A stretch of 32,000 nt of DNA from Candidatus Saccharimonadota bacterium (GCF_900128735.1 NZ_LT667503.1:30001-62000), one strand, 5' to 3'; shown: positions 9,186-20,820, numbered from the stretch's first letter. The notes: generated by a model from the sequence alone, not told the origin. Numbers and translations: made by a program.

Positions 9186-11027
9186 TTAAGAATCATCTAA
9201 AAAACTTTTTAATATTTCCGATCTACTTGGGTGCCTTAATTTCCGTAATGCTTTTGCTTCTATTTGACGTATTCTTTCTCTAGTGACGTCAAATTGTTTT
9301 CCGACTTCCTCTAATGTATGATCTGTATTCATATCAATTCCAAAGCGCATACGTAATACTTTAGCTTCTCGCGCGGTTAATCCAGCTAAAACATCATGCG
9401 TAATAGTTTTGAGGCTTTCTGAAGTAGCCGACTCTAAGGGAAGTTCTAAGTTAGTATCTTCAATAAAATCTCCAAGATGTGAATCATCATCATCACCAAT
9501 AGGAGTTTCCATAGAAATTGGTTCTTTTGCAATTTTTAAAACTTTACGAATTTTGTCTTCTGGTATTAACATTTTTTCTGAAAGCTCTTCAGGAGTAGGT
9601 TCTCGTCCGATTTCTTGTAGCATGTAACGTGATATTCGGTTTAATTTATTGATAGTTTCTATCATATGCACGGGTATGCGAATAGTTCTTGCTTGATCGG
9701 CTATAGATCGTGTAATAGCTTGTCTAATCCACCAAGTTGCATAAGTTGAAAACTTATATCCCCGACGATATTCAAATTTATCTACAGCCTTCATTAAGCC
9801 GATATTACCTTCTTGAATAAGATCTAAAAATTGTAGTCCACGGTTAGTATATTTTTTAGCTATAGATATTACTAATCTTAAATTTGCTTCAACCATTTCT
9901 TTTTTAGCTTTTTTTGCTTTTATTTCGCCAATCGACATTCGCTTATTTATTTCTTTTGCTTCTTTAATTGTCAACCCTATTTTTTTTTCAATATTTACAA
10001 GTTTTTTTAAAATTTTAAAAATATCTTTTTGATATTTAGATAATTTTATAGACCAAGGGGTATTCATTTTAATGGCAGTATAAAACCATTTTTGATTGGT
10101 TTCTTGATTTTTAAAAATTTTTATAAAATTATTTTTAGGCATTTTGCATATGTTTACGCATAAGTGAAAAATTTTATTTTCTTGTATGTGGATTTTTTTA
10201 ATAAAATTACGCATATTTTCTACTAAATAATCAAATTGTTTTGGTACTAATCGAAATTGTTTCAAGATTTCTGAAAGTTCTGAGATTGCAGAAATAGCAT
10301 TTTTATGGTTTCTATTTTTTGTTTTGATTATATAATTTGTAATATAATATTGCGTTTGTAATTTTAAAAATTTTTCTTTAGCAATATTTGGATCAATATG
10401 ATTTTCTTCTTCATGATCTGTAGAAGAATTATTAATATTAATTATTTTTTCAGTTTTTTTGTTTATATTATTTAATATTTCATTTGTGGTTATTGGAAAT
10501 AATGTATTTTCTATATTAGGATCAACAAATCCGGAAATGATTTCAGATAATTTCATATCTCCTGATTCTACTTTATGATATAGAGCTAAAAGATATGAAA
10601 TTGCTTCTGGATATTCAGAAAAAGAACTTTGTACTTGATTAATACCTTCTTCAATACGTTTTGCGATATCAATTTCTCCTTCGCGAGTTAATAACTCTAC
10701 AGTACCCATTTCACGCATATACATGCGTATTGGATCAGTTGTTCTACCTAATTCTATTTCAACATTAGAAAGCACTTGAGCTGCCACTTCTACTGCATCT
10801 TCATCTGTATCAGTTGGCGTTTCATTTAATATTAAATTACCAGCATCACGAGCTTCTTCTACCACTTGAATACCAAAATCTTTTATCATTTGAATAATAT
10901 TTTTAATTTGATCAGAATTGATAATATCATCGGGTAGATGATCATGTATTTCTGTATACGTAAGGTATCCCTGTTCTTTTCCCTGAGAGACTAGTAGTTT
11001 AAGTTGTGCATGTGGTTTTTTTTCCAT
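9186..11027 (-). CDS. rpoD: RNA polymerase sigma-70 factor
   Basis: At 613 aa it is the same length as E. coli RpoD. Regions 2-4 are almost invariant ([38 protein letters not shown]; [30 protein letters not shown]). It is the last gene of rpsU-dnaG-rpoD. Confidence 0.97.
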   Translation of the reverse strand: MEKKPHAQLKLLVSQGKEQGYLTYTEIHDHLPDDIINSDQIKNIIQMIKDFGIQVVEEARDAGNLILNETPTDTDEDAVEVAAQVLSNVEIELGRTTDPIRMYMREMGTVELLTREGEIDIAKRIEEGINQVQSSFSEYPEAISYLLALYHKVESGDMKLSEIISGFVDPNIENTLFPITTNEILNNINKKTEKIININNSSTDHEEENHIDPNIAKEKFLKLQTQYYITNYIIKTKNRNHKNAISAISELSEILKQFRLVPKQFDYLVENMRNFIKKIHIQENKIFHLCVNICKMPKNNFIKIFKNQETNQKWFYTAIKMNTPWSIKLSKYQKDIFKILKKLVNIEKKIGLTIKEAKEINKRMSIGEIKAKKAKKEMVEANLRLVISIAKKYTNRGLQFLDLIQEGNIGLMKAVDKFEYRRGYKFSTYATWWIRQAITRSIADQARTIRIPVHMIETINKLNRISRYMLQEIGREPTPEELSEKMLIPEDKIRKVLKIAKEPISMETPIGDDDDSHLGDFIEDTNLELPLESATSESLKTITHDVLAGLTAREAKVLRMRFGIDMNTDHTLEEVGKQFDVTRERIRQIEAKALRKLRHPSRSEILKSFLDDS

Positions 11028-11173
11028 AATACGACGTCTACTTGTTAATATGTAAGAGTTAATAAAAAAAATAAATAAATTTGTTTGTATATAAATAAAA
11101 ATAAAATATGATTTTTTAATCTAAGACTAAGTTTATAAATAATAGTTTAATAAATTTATTAAACAATAATATA

Positions 11174-12934
11174 TCACTGACATGGCTTAATATTATTAAT
11201 GACAATTTTTTGGCTAATTATCCATAACTTTTTTTTTTCTAACTGATTTAATCCTTCTTTTCTCTCTTTATTAAGCAAAGAAGTATATTTATATTCTAAA
11301 TTTTGCAATTTTAATTTTTTAAGTAGCTCAAAAAATGTTGGATAAACTTTATTTTTTCCAATCATATTGTTCCATATAATTAAATATTTAAATATTTTTT
11401 CTAATTTTGAATTTCGATAATATTCAATTAATTGATTAGTTTTAAGATTAGGTTTTTTGTGTAGTTTTTTAATTAAATTTACAAAAATGTCAATTCCTAA
11501 TATATGAAATTTTTTTATTTTTTTTGTATCTTTAATTTCTTTTGCTAATATTGGATTTTGTAAAATTAAACTAATTAACAATCGTATAGTTGTTTTCTTT
11601 ACAAAAGATATATGATTAATTTTTTTTTTTGTATATGCTTTGTCACATAATTTTCTAAATTGATATGTATCTAAAATACCCGTTTTTTCTCCTAACATTT
11701 TTTTTAAATGTATTTGTATATTTTTTCCTGGAATTTTATTTATTAAAGGTAAAATTAATTTGCTTAACTGAATACGATCTTCAATTTTTCCTAATTGCAT
11801 ATTTTGAGAAATTTTATTAAATAAAAATGCATATAATATTTCTGATTTTTTTATTCTTTTTTTAAATTCTTTTTTTCCTTCTTTGAATATTAAACTACTA
11901 GGATCTTCATTATCAGGTAAAAATATAAATTTTACTGTACGATCATCAGTTAAGAATGGAAGGATAAGATTTAGTGTAGTCCAATTTGCTTTTTTTCCAG
12001 CATCATCTCCATCATAACAAAAAATAATATTATCGCTGAGTTGAAATAATTTCTTACAGTGATATACAGTGATAATTGTTCCTAATAAAGCTACCGCATA
12101 AATATTATATTGTGCTAATGATAAAACATCAAAATATCCTTCTACTACTAAGATCTGTTTTGGATTTGGATTTTGATTTTTTAATTCATAAATTCCATAA
12201 AGATTTTTATTTTTATAAAATATTGGAGTTTCTGATGAATTTAGATATTTTGGTTGATGTAGATTGTTAATTCTACGGCCTCCAAATCCATTAATTTTTC
12301 CATATTTATCTCTGATAGGGAAGATAACACGTTGTCTAAATCTATCGTATAATTTATTATTTTTATGGGTAATTATTAATCCAGAATCAGAAAAGATAGA
12401 CGATTCTAGTTTTTTTTTTTCAAGATAACTTTTTATTTGATTATTTTTTATTGAAGCATAACCTAATAAAAATTTATGAATAATTTTGAGTTTAATTCCT
12501 CTTTGAAGTAAATATTGATAAGCGATATTGTTAGACGAAAAAAGATTTTTTTGATATATTTTAGAAATATCAGATAATAATAAATGTAATTTTTTTATGT
12601 AAAAGTATTTTTTTGCTTCTTTTGTTTTTATTTTTTTATAAGGAATTTCAAGATTGTTTAATGAGCTTAGCTCTGTAATGCTATCTAAAAAATTTAATTG
12701 TTCATATAACATTAAAAAATCAATAGCGTTTCCATGTATTTTACATCCAAAACAATAAAAAAATTGTTTTTTTTTATTTATAATAAACGATGGTGTTTTT
12801 TCTTGATGAAAAGGACACAATGCTTGGTAATTATTTCCTATTTTTTTAAGTTTAATTCGTGAATTTATTAAGTTTATTATGTTAGTTCGTTCAAGTAGTT
12901 CTTCGATAAAATGTTGTGGAATTTTTTCTATCAT
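11174..12934 (-). CDS. dnaG: DNA primase
   Basis: It has the zinc ribbon CPFHQEKTPSF..YCFGC and the TOPRIM motifs VVEGYFDV and YDGDDAGKKA. It lies between rpsU and rpoD. It contains two in-frame A11 tracts (complement of 11630-11640 and 12410-12420). Confidence 0.93.
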   Translation of the reverse strand: MIEKIPQHFIEELLERTNIINLINSRIKLKKIGNNYQALCPFHQEKTPSFIINKKKQFFYCFGCKIHGNAIDFLMLYEQLNFLDSITELSSLNNLEIPYKKIKTKEAKKYFYIKKLHLLLSDISKIYQKNLFSSNNIAYQYLLQRGIKLKIIHKFLLGYASIKNNQIKSYLEKKKLESSIFSDSGLIITHKNNKLYDRFRQRVIFPIRDKYGKINGFGGRRINNLHQPKYLNSSETPIFYKNKNLYGIYELKNQNPNPKQILVVEGYFDVLSLAQYNIYAVALLGTIITVYHCKKLFQLSDNIIFCYDGDDAGKKANWTTLNLILPFLTDDRTVKFIFLPDNEDPSSLIFKEGKKEFKKRIKKSEILYAFLFNKISQNMQLGKIEDRIQLSKLILPLINKIPGKNIQIHLKKMLGEKTGILDTYQFRKLCDKAYTKKKINHISFVKKTTIRLLISLILQNPILAKEIKDTKKIKKFHILGIDIFVNLIKKLHKKPNLKTNQLIEYYRNSKLEKIFKYLIIWNNMIGKNKVYPTFFELLKKLKLQNLEYKYTSLLNKERKEGLNQLEKKKLWIISQKIVINNIKPCQ

Positions 12935-13025
12935 ATTATTTAAATTATAAGGTATGAGTATGAAATTTTTGACCGTGCTTTGGTATAGAACGGTCGATAT
13001 GTTTTTTTTTACGAATATAAATAAT

Positions 13026-13241
13026 TTAATACATTCGAGTACGTTTAGAATGGTCTCGAGCTATTTTTTTTGCTAATCTTTTAATAGCAGAAGCTTTTGC
13101 ACGTTTACGTTCAGTTGTTGGTTTTTCGTAAAATTCTCTTCTACGAATTTCTGCTAAAATTCCTGCTTTTTCGCATGATCTTTTAAATCTTCTCAACGCA
13201 ACATCAAATGGTTCATTTTCGCGTACTTTGATAATAGGCAT
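13026..13241 (-). CDS. rpsU: 30S ribosomal protein S21
   Basis: [52 protein letters not shown] is near-identical to E. coli S21. Confidence 0.97.
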   Translation of the reverse strand: MPIIKVRENEPFDVALRRFKRSCEKAGILAEIRRREFYEKPTTERKRAKASAIKRLAKKIARDHSKRTRMY

Positions 13242-13401
13242 ATTTATTTTTCTCTAATTTTAAAGGAGTTCTTTTTTGGTTTTTATTTTTTTTTTAAAAT
13301 TTTTTTATTTTTTTATATTATACAATATTCTTTTGATAATTAATAACTTGTATAATATTGAATATATTTTTAAAAAAAAATATATTTTTTTGGAATATAT
13401 T

Positions 13402-14448
13402 ATGAAAATTTTAGGTATAGAAACATCTTGTGATGACACATCGGTTGCTATTTATGATGATCAGTTAGGAATTATTTTTCATAAAACTTGGAATCAGACT
13501 AAAATTCATTCTAAATTTGGAGGTGTGGTCCCTGAACTAGCGGCAAGATGTCATTTAAGTCAATTAAATTATTTAATAAAAGAAATTTTTTTAGAATTAT
13601 TTAATTATAACATAAAAAAATTGAAAAATAATATTATTGATGCAATTGCATATACAGCTGGACCGGGATTAGTTAGCTCTTTGTTAGTTGGCGCCACTGT
13701 CGGTTGTAGTTTAGCTTTTTCTTTAGGAATACCATATATACCAGTTAATCATATAGAAGGTCATTTATTATCACCTATGATTAATAAGAAATTTCCAGTT
13801 TTTCCTTTTATTGCTTTATTAATATCAGGCGGTAATACACAGTTAATTCATGCAGTTAGTTTGGGTCAATATAAAATTTTAGGACAAACTGTAGATAATG
13901 CTGTGGGAAATGTATTTGATTATATAGCTAAATTATTAGGATTAGGTTTTCCAGGAGGAAAACAATTATCTCTTTTAGCGCAATATGGTATTTATAAAAA
14001 GTATATATTTCCTCGTCCGATGACTAAATATTATAATTTAAATTTTAGTTTTTCTGGTTTACAAACGCATACAGAGCAAGTATTTTATAAGAGTACAAAA
14101 ACATTTCAAGAAAAAGCAAATATTTCTAGAGCTTTTGAAGAAGCTATAATTGATACATTAATTATAAAATCTCAATATGCTATTAAAAAAATAAAATTAA
14201 ATTCTTTGGTTGTTTGTGGTGGAGTTAGTGCGAATACTACCCTACGAAAGAAATTTAATTCTGTAATGAAAAGAAATAATGGAAAAATTTATTTTTCTGA
14301 AAAAAAATTTAGCACAGATAATGCTGCAATGATTGCATACGTTGGATATTTAAGATATAAGTTAGGTTTATATTCTACTGATTTATCTATTCAAGTTTAT
14401 CCAAATTGGTTAATTAATGAAAGTAATCTACTAAATATAAAATATTAA
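13402..14448 (+). CDS. tsaD: tRNA N6-adenosine threonylcarbamoyltransferase (t6A synthesis; formerly ygjD/gcp)
   Basis: MKILGIETSCDDTSVAIYD..., NHIEGHLLSP and VVCGGVSAN match TsaD. It is divergent from rpsU, as in E. coli. The ATG at 13402 matches the canonical N-terminus. The ORF-track start (TTG at 13276) adds 42 F/I/L-rich codons with no homology. Confidence 0.9.
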   Translation: MKILGIETSCDDTSVAIYDDQLGIIFHKTWNQTKIHSKFGGVVPELAARCHLSQLNYLIKEIFLELFNYNIKKLKNNIIDAIAYTAGPGLVSSLLVGATVGCSLAFSLGIPYIPVNHIEGHLLSPMINKKFPVFPFIALLISGGNTQLIHAVSLGQYKILGQTVDNAVGNVFDYIAKLLGLGFPGGKQLSLLAQYGIYKKYIFPRPMTKYYNLNFSFSGLQTHTEQVFYKSTKTFQEKANISRAFEEAIIDTLIIKSQYAIKKIKLNSLVVCGGVSANTTLRKKFNSVMKRNNGKIYFSEKKFSTDNAAMIAYVGYLRYKLGLYSTDLSIQVYPNWLINESNLLNIKY

Positions 14449-14613
14449 TCATAATTATAATATATATTATCCTCTTTTTATTTTTTTTGATGTTTTTTTT
14501 AAAAATTTTTTATATATTTTGTATATTAAATAAAGGTTTGACCTTATATAATGTATATATATATTTATATATTTTTCTTTTTAATTTATTTTTTGTAAAT
14601 TACTTATTAAATA

Positions 14614-15888
14614 ATGATTTTTTTAGGTGAAAATTTGAAAATATATTTAGTAGGAGGCGCAATTAGGGATAGTTTATTAGGTTTAGCTATTCATGATAGA
14701 GATTGGATGGTTGTTGGAGCGACGCCTGAACAAATGTTAAAAAAAAAATATCAACAAGTTGGTCGAGATTTTCCTGTTTTTATACATCCCAAAACTTATG
14801 AGGAATATGCATTAGCTCGTACAGAACGAAAAAATGGAGTAGGACATACAGGTTTTTCTGTAAATTTTTCACCGGATGTAACATTATCAGAAGATTTAAT
14901 TCGGCGGGACTTAACCATTAATGCAATGGCTCAAGATAAAAATGGTAATTTAATTGATTTATTTTTTGGAAAACAAGATATTAAAGATCGAGTTTTGCGT
15001 CATGTATCATTAGCGTTTCAGGAGGATCCTTTAAGGGTTTTAAGAGTTGCTCGATTTGCCGCTTCTTTGGCTCATTTAGGATTTCAAATAGCAAAAGAAA
15101 CCATGTGTCTTATGCAATCTATGTGTGAAAATAAAGATTTATTACATTTATTTCCAGAAAGAATTTGGAAAGAAACAGAAAAAGGATTGTGTACAAATAA
15201 TCCTCATGTATATTTTCAAGTGTTACATTCGTGTCATGCATTAAATTTTTTATTTCCTGAAATAGTTTTTTTTTATCAGTATTTTTTTTCTGTATTTCTT
15301 TTTGAAAAAAAGATTAGCGCAATAAAAATAGGATTTAAAGAAATGTTTCGAATATCTAAGTTGACTACAGATGTTTGTATTAGATTTTCTTATTTTATTC
15401 AGTTTTTGAGTAGAATTTATTGTGTTCCTGATATTTTTACAGATGATTATTTTTTTTATAAAAAACCGGTAATATTAATTCAAAGTTTATGTGCGCGATT
15501 AAAAATTCCTTTAGAAATTAAAAAAACAGCAGTTTTTATGTGTGGTTTTCATAATTTTTTACAATCTATTAATATACAACCTACAAAATTAATTATAAAG
15601 TTTTTTGATATTATTGATGTATGGCGTAACCCTAGAATGTTAAAAAAATTTAATTACTTAAAATTTTATTATACTCATGTTACATTTTCTTTTCAAAAAA
15701 AAGTTACTTTAGGTGATTTATTACATAATATGTTTAATGTTATTAAAGAGATCTCTATTCAATCAATTGGTTTTAAAAAGAAATTAGAAGGTATTGCTAT
15801 ACGTAATGAGTTAAATCGTTTAAGAGTTTATCATTTGGAAAAATGGCGTTCATTACAAAAACTTAATTTTATCAAAAAAAAATATTAG
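14614..15888 (+). CDS. cca: CCA-adding tRNA nucleotidyltransferase; head domain conserved, HD phosphohydrolase motifs lost
   Basis: [53 protein letters not shown] and [14 protein letters not shown] are colinear with E. coli Cca. An alternative start is TTG at 14635, preceded by AGGTGA at 14625-14630, which would reproduce the E. coli N-terminus MKIYLVGG. Confidence 0.9.
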   Translation: MIFLGENLKIYLVGGAIRDSLLGLAIHDRDWMVVGATPEQMLKKKYQQVGRDFPVFIHPKTYEEYALARTERKNGVGHTGFSVNFSPDVTLSEDLIRRDLTINAMAQDKNGNLIDLFFGKQDIKDRVLRHVSLAFQEDPLRVLRVARFAASLAHLGFQIAKETMCLMQSMCENKDLLHLFPERIWKETEKGLCTNNPHVYFQVLHSCHALNFLFPEIVFFYQYFFSVFLFEKKISAIKIGFKEMFRISKLTTDVCIRFSYFIQFLSRIYCVPDIFTDDYFFYKKPVILIQSLCARLKIPLEIKKTAVFMCGFHNFLQSINIQPTKLIIKFFDIIDVWRNPRMLKKFNYLKFYYTHVTFSFQKKVTLGDLLHNMFNVIKEISIQSIGFKKKLEGIAIRNELNRLRVYHLEKWRSLQKLNFIKKKY

Positions 15889-16326
15889 ATTTATATATTA
15901 GTAGTGAATTTTTATAAGATATTTTTAATATTTTTTGAATATTTTAAATGCAAATATAATTATTAGTTTTTTTTTGGAATTTAAAATTAATTTTTAAGAG
16001 AGAAGAAAATTTTATTAAAAAACTTAATAATAAATGTATATATACTTTTTATAGTACAATAATTAATATGAATTTTGATATATTTTAAATTGGATAAATA
16101 AAAATATTGAAATCTATATTTCATCATGCAAAATACTATCTTTGATATATATGAATGTCCTTGATTTTTCGGTAATGAATATTCTTCAATATTATTGATT
16201 AATTTTTTTTCTATTATATATCAATATTTTATTTATATTTAAAGAAATTTTTTTATTATTAAGGGGTAAAATTTTTTATTTTTTAACTGATAATTAATTT
16301 AATTGAATACTATGGAAAATCTTTTA

Positions 16327-16797
16327 TTAATAAAGATTTTCTATTTTCATAATTCTTGTTTTTCCGGCTTTTATCATACCAGAATATAGACGTATTTTTT
16401 TTATTTTTTCTGAATAATGTATTGTTATTATCATTGATTTAATCCAATGATGGATTAATGATTTATTGATCATAATAAGTTCATTGGAATAAATGTATTG
16501 TTTATATAAAATCATTTGACTTATTTTTTCTTTAGGAATGTTGTTAGATATTTCTAGAGTTATGGAGATTTTAATTTCTTTTGTTATTTTTATTAATATT
16601 TGATATTTATTATTAATATCATTGATATTAATGATGCCATGACAAGGACTAATTATTATTTTTCCGGTTTGTTGTACACTCATTTTTTGAGAATAAATTT
16701 TTTTTAAAGCGTTTTGATTAATTTTTTGAGAGGTTAAGATAGATATTTTTCCAGATATCGGAGATATTATATTTAAAGTTTTACATTTATTTTTCAT
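16327..16797 (-). CDS. crr: Degenerate PTS EIIA-Glc (Crr)-like protein; intact ORF but both catalytic His positions substituted (possible pseudogene in the making)
   Basis: LNIISPISGKI aligns with E. coli IEIIAPLSGEI, TGKIIISPCHGII with TGNKMVAPVDGTI, and the C-terminus LYSGMIKAGKTRIMKI with LSGSVTVGETPVIRIKK. The position and orientation relative to ligA match E. coli crr-ptsI-ptsH-cysK-cysZ-zipA-ligA. The remainder is very diverged. Confidence 0.6.
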   Translation of the reverse strand: MKNKCKTLNIISPISGKISILTSQKINQNALKKIYSQKMSVQQTGKIIISPCHGIININDINNKYQILIKITKEIKISITLEISNNIPKEKISQMILYKQYIYSNELIMINKSLIHHWIKSMIITIHYSEKIKKIRLYSGMIKAGKTRIMKIENLY

Positions 16798-17009
16798 GAT
16801 TTTTTTATATTTTTTTTTATTTATTATATTGTATCTTACTTTTGTATAAATAAAAAGAGTATTATATATCTGTGTAATTTTTAAAATTTCAAATAATTTT
16901 TTTATTATTGTTTGATAATAGATTTAAATATATTTTGGTAAAAATTAAAAAAATAAATTTTTAATTAGAAATATTTTTTAATCGTTATTTTTTTTATTTT
17001 TTTTAATAG

Positions 17010-19073
<2,064 letters not shown>

Positions 19074-19077
19074 ATAA

Positions 19078-19150
19078 TGGGTTGTGCAGGATTTGAACCT
19101 GCGACCAATTGATTAAAAGTCAACTGCTCTACCGACTGAGCTAACAACCC
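19078..19150 (-). tRNA. lysV: tRNA-Lys (anticodon UUU), 73 nt, no encoded CCA
   Basis: The reverse complement is GGGTTGTTAGCTCAGTCGGTAGAGCAGTTGACTTTTAATCAATTGGTCGCAGGTTCAAATCCTGCACAACCCA. The anticodon loop is CTTTTAA. Its 3' end lies 4 nt from the convergent ligA stop. Confidence 0.95.
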
Positions 19151-19199
19151 TTCTTGTAAATGATATTTTATACATTATATTTTTTGTAGAATATAAATT

Positions 19200-19272
19200 T
19201 GGGTGATGACGGTCTCGAACCGCCGACCCTCTCCGTGTAAAGGAGAAGCTCTACCAACTGAGCTAATCACCC
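19200..19272 (-). tRNA. valU: tRNA-Val (anticodon UAC), 73 nt, no encoded CCA
   Basis: The reverse complement is GGGTGATTAGCTCAGTTGGTAGAGCTTCTCCTTTACACGGAGAGGGTCGGCGGTTCGAGACCGTCATCACCCA. The anticodon loop is TTTACAC. The Val-then-Lys order, divergent from gltX, matches the E. coli valU-lysV / gltX arrangement. Confidence 0.95.
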
Positions 19273-19279
19273 TATGTAT

Positions 19280-19307
19280 ATTATAGGGCAGATATTCTAT
19301 GAGTCAA
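19280..19307 (-). promoter_or_regulatory. Candidate sigma-70 promoter of the tRNA-Val/tRNA-Lys operon; the start is predicted within 1-2 nt of the mature tRNA-Val 5' end
   Basis: The minus strand reads TTGACT (19307-19302), a 16-nt spacer CATAGAATATCTGCCC, then TATAAT (19285-19280). After that come 7 nt (ATACATA) and then G19272, the first base of the tRNA. Confidence 0.55.
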
Positions 19308-19410
19308 TATAAATTTATTATTATTTTTTTTATCTTAAAAAAAATTATATTTTTTTTAAAACATTTTTATTAATTTTTATTCTTAATAAATATTTTTTAT
19401 AGGTTACTAT

Positions 19411-20820
19411 ATGAAAGTTAAAACTAGATTTTCACCTAGTCCGACTGGTGTATTACATATCGGTGGAGTTCGTACCGCTTTATATTCTTGGTTATTTGCA
19501 CGTAAGTTTGGAGGATCTTTTATATTACGTATTGAAGATACCGATATTAATCGATTACAAAAAAGTTCAGTGAATGAGATTATAAACAGTTTATATAAAT
19601 TAGGTTTATTTTGGGATGAAGAACCATATTTTCAAAGTAAACGTTTAGCAATATATCAAAATGTTATTCGAACTATGTTAAATAATGGTACTGCTTATAA
19701 ATGTTATTGCTCAGTTCAGCGCTTAGAAAAGTTACGTAAAAATCAAATAGAAAAAAAAGAAAAACCAAGATATGATAAAAAATGTAGAGATTTGTCTTTA
19801 TCTTTTAATAAATCAAATACACCATATGTTGTTCGTTTTAAAAATCCAGAAAATGGATATGTTGAATTTACCGATCTTATTCGAGGAAAAATAACGTTTT
19901 TAAATTCTGAGTTGGACGATTTAGTCATTCAAAGATCCAACGGAATACCAACGTATAATTTTTGTGTTGTAGTAGATGATTACTCTATGGAGATTACTCA
20001 TGTGATTCGAGGTGAAGATCATATTAATAATACTCCTCGACAAATTAATTTATTACATGCTTTACAAAAAAATATTCCTCAATATGCCCACGTACCCATG
20101 ATTTTAGCTGCAGATGGACAAAAATTATCTAAAAGAAATAGTGATACACCAAGTATTATACAATATTTTCGTGACGGGTATATTACTGAAGCATTATTAA
20201 ATTATATTTTGCGATTAGGCTGGGCACATAAAGATCAAGAAATTTTTACTGTAGAGGAAATGATTCATTTATTTAATTTTAAATCAGTTAGTAAATCGCC
20301 AAGCATTTTAAATAAAAATAAATTATTATGGTTAAATCATCATTATTTATCTAATTTACCTAATAAACGAGTAAATAATTATCTTTTTTCATATATGAAA
20401 AAAATAGGTATTTCTTTTTTTCCAGATATAGATTCAAGTAATATTATTAAAGATTTTATGTCTCGTCATAGAACTTTAAAAGATTTTTTAGAGTCGTACC
20501 CGTATTTTTATAAAGAATTTAATATTGCACAAGTAGAAAATATAAAAAAATTTTATAATATACAAAATATTGAAATATTAACCTTTGTTTATAAGAAGTT
20601 TTTAACAGTATTAAATTGGAATACTAAAGAATTATCAAATATTCTTAAAAATTCATTGTTAATGTTGAATATTAAATATAAAAAAATTGCTATGTTATTA
20701 CGGATTAGTGTTACAGGAATGCAGCATACTCCAGGTATTATATCAGTAATTTTTTATTTAGGTAAAACTCGTGTTTTATGTCGTTTACTTAATACTTTAA
20801 AATATTTTAATCAATCTTAA
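19411..20820 (+). CDS. gltX: Glutamyl-tRNA synthetase
   Basis: It has the class I motifs: HIGG (PSPTGVLHIGGVRTALY) and KLSKR (DGQKLSKRN). RIEDTD, the CYC...C zinc-binding cluster and VIRGEDHINNTPRQ are also present. At 469 aa it compares with 471 aa in E. coli. Confidence 0.95.
   Translation: MKVKTRFSPSPTGVLHIGGVRTALYSWLFARKFGGSFILRIEDTDINRLQKSSVNEIINSLYKLGLFWDEEPYFQSKRLAIYQNVIRTMLNNGTAYKCYCSVQRLEKLRKNQIEKKEKPRYDKKCRDLSLSFNKSNTPYVVRFKNPENGYVEFTDLIRGKITFLNSELDDLVIQRSNGIPTYNFCVVVDDYSMEITHVIRGEDHINNTPRQINLLHALQKNIPQYAHVPMILAADGQKLSKRNSDTPSIIQYFRDGYITEALLNYILRLGWAHKDQEIFTVEEMIHLFNFKSVSKSPSILNKNKLLWLNHHYLSNLPNKRVNNYLFSYMKKIGISFFPDIDSSNIIKDFMSRHRTLKDFLESYPYFYKEFNIAQVENIKKFYNIQNIEILTFVYKKFLTVLNWNTKELSNILKNSLLMLNIKYKKIAMLLRISVTGMQHTPGIISVIFYLGKTRVLCRLLNTLKYFNQS

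Noticed and set aside
11218-11226. A DnaA-box-like TTATCCATA (8/9 match to TTATCCACA).
   Set aside because: It is a single copy with one mismatch, inside the dnaG coding sequence. There is no cluster and no AT-rich unwinding context beyond the genome-wide background.
13263-13401. A long form of tsaD: AAGGAG (13263-13268), then 7 nt, then TTG 13276, opening 42 in-frame hydrophobic codons (VFIFFLKFFYFFILYNILLIINN...) ahead of the canonical MKILGIETS start.
   Set aside because: The extension has no counterpart in TsaD. It is the expected translation of a T-rich spacer, where stop codons are rare, and it would need a transcript starting inside rpsU. The SD-like AAGGAG is still odd. N-terminal proteomics or ortholog comparison would settle it.
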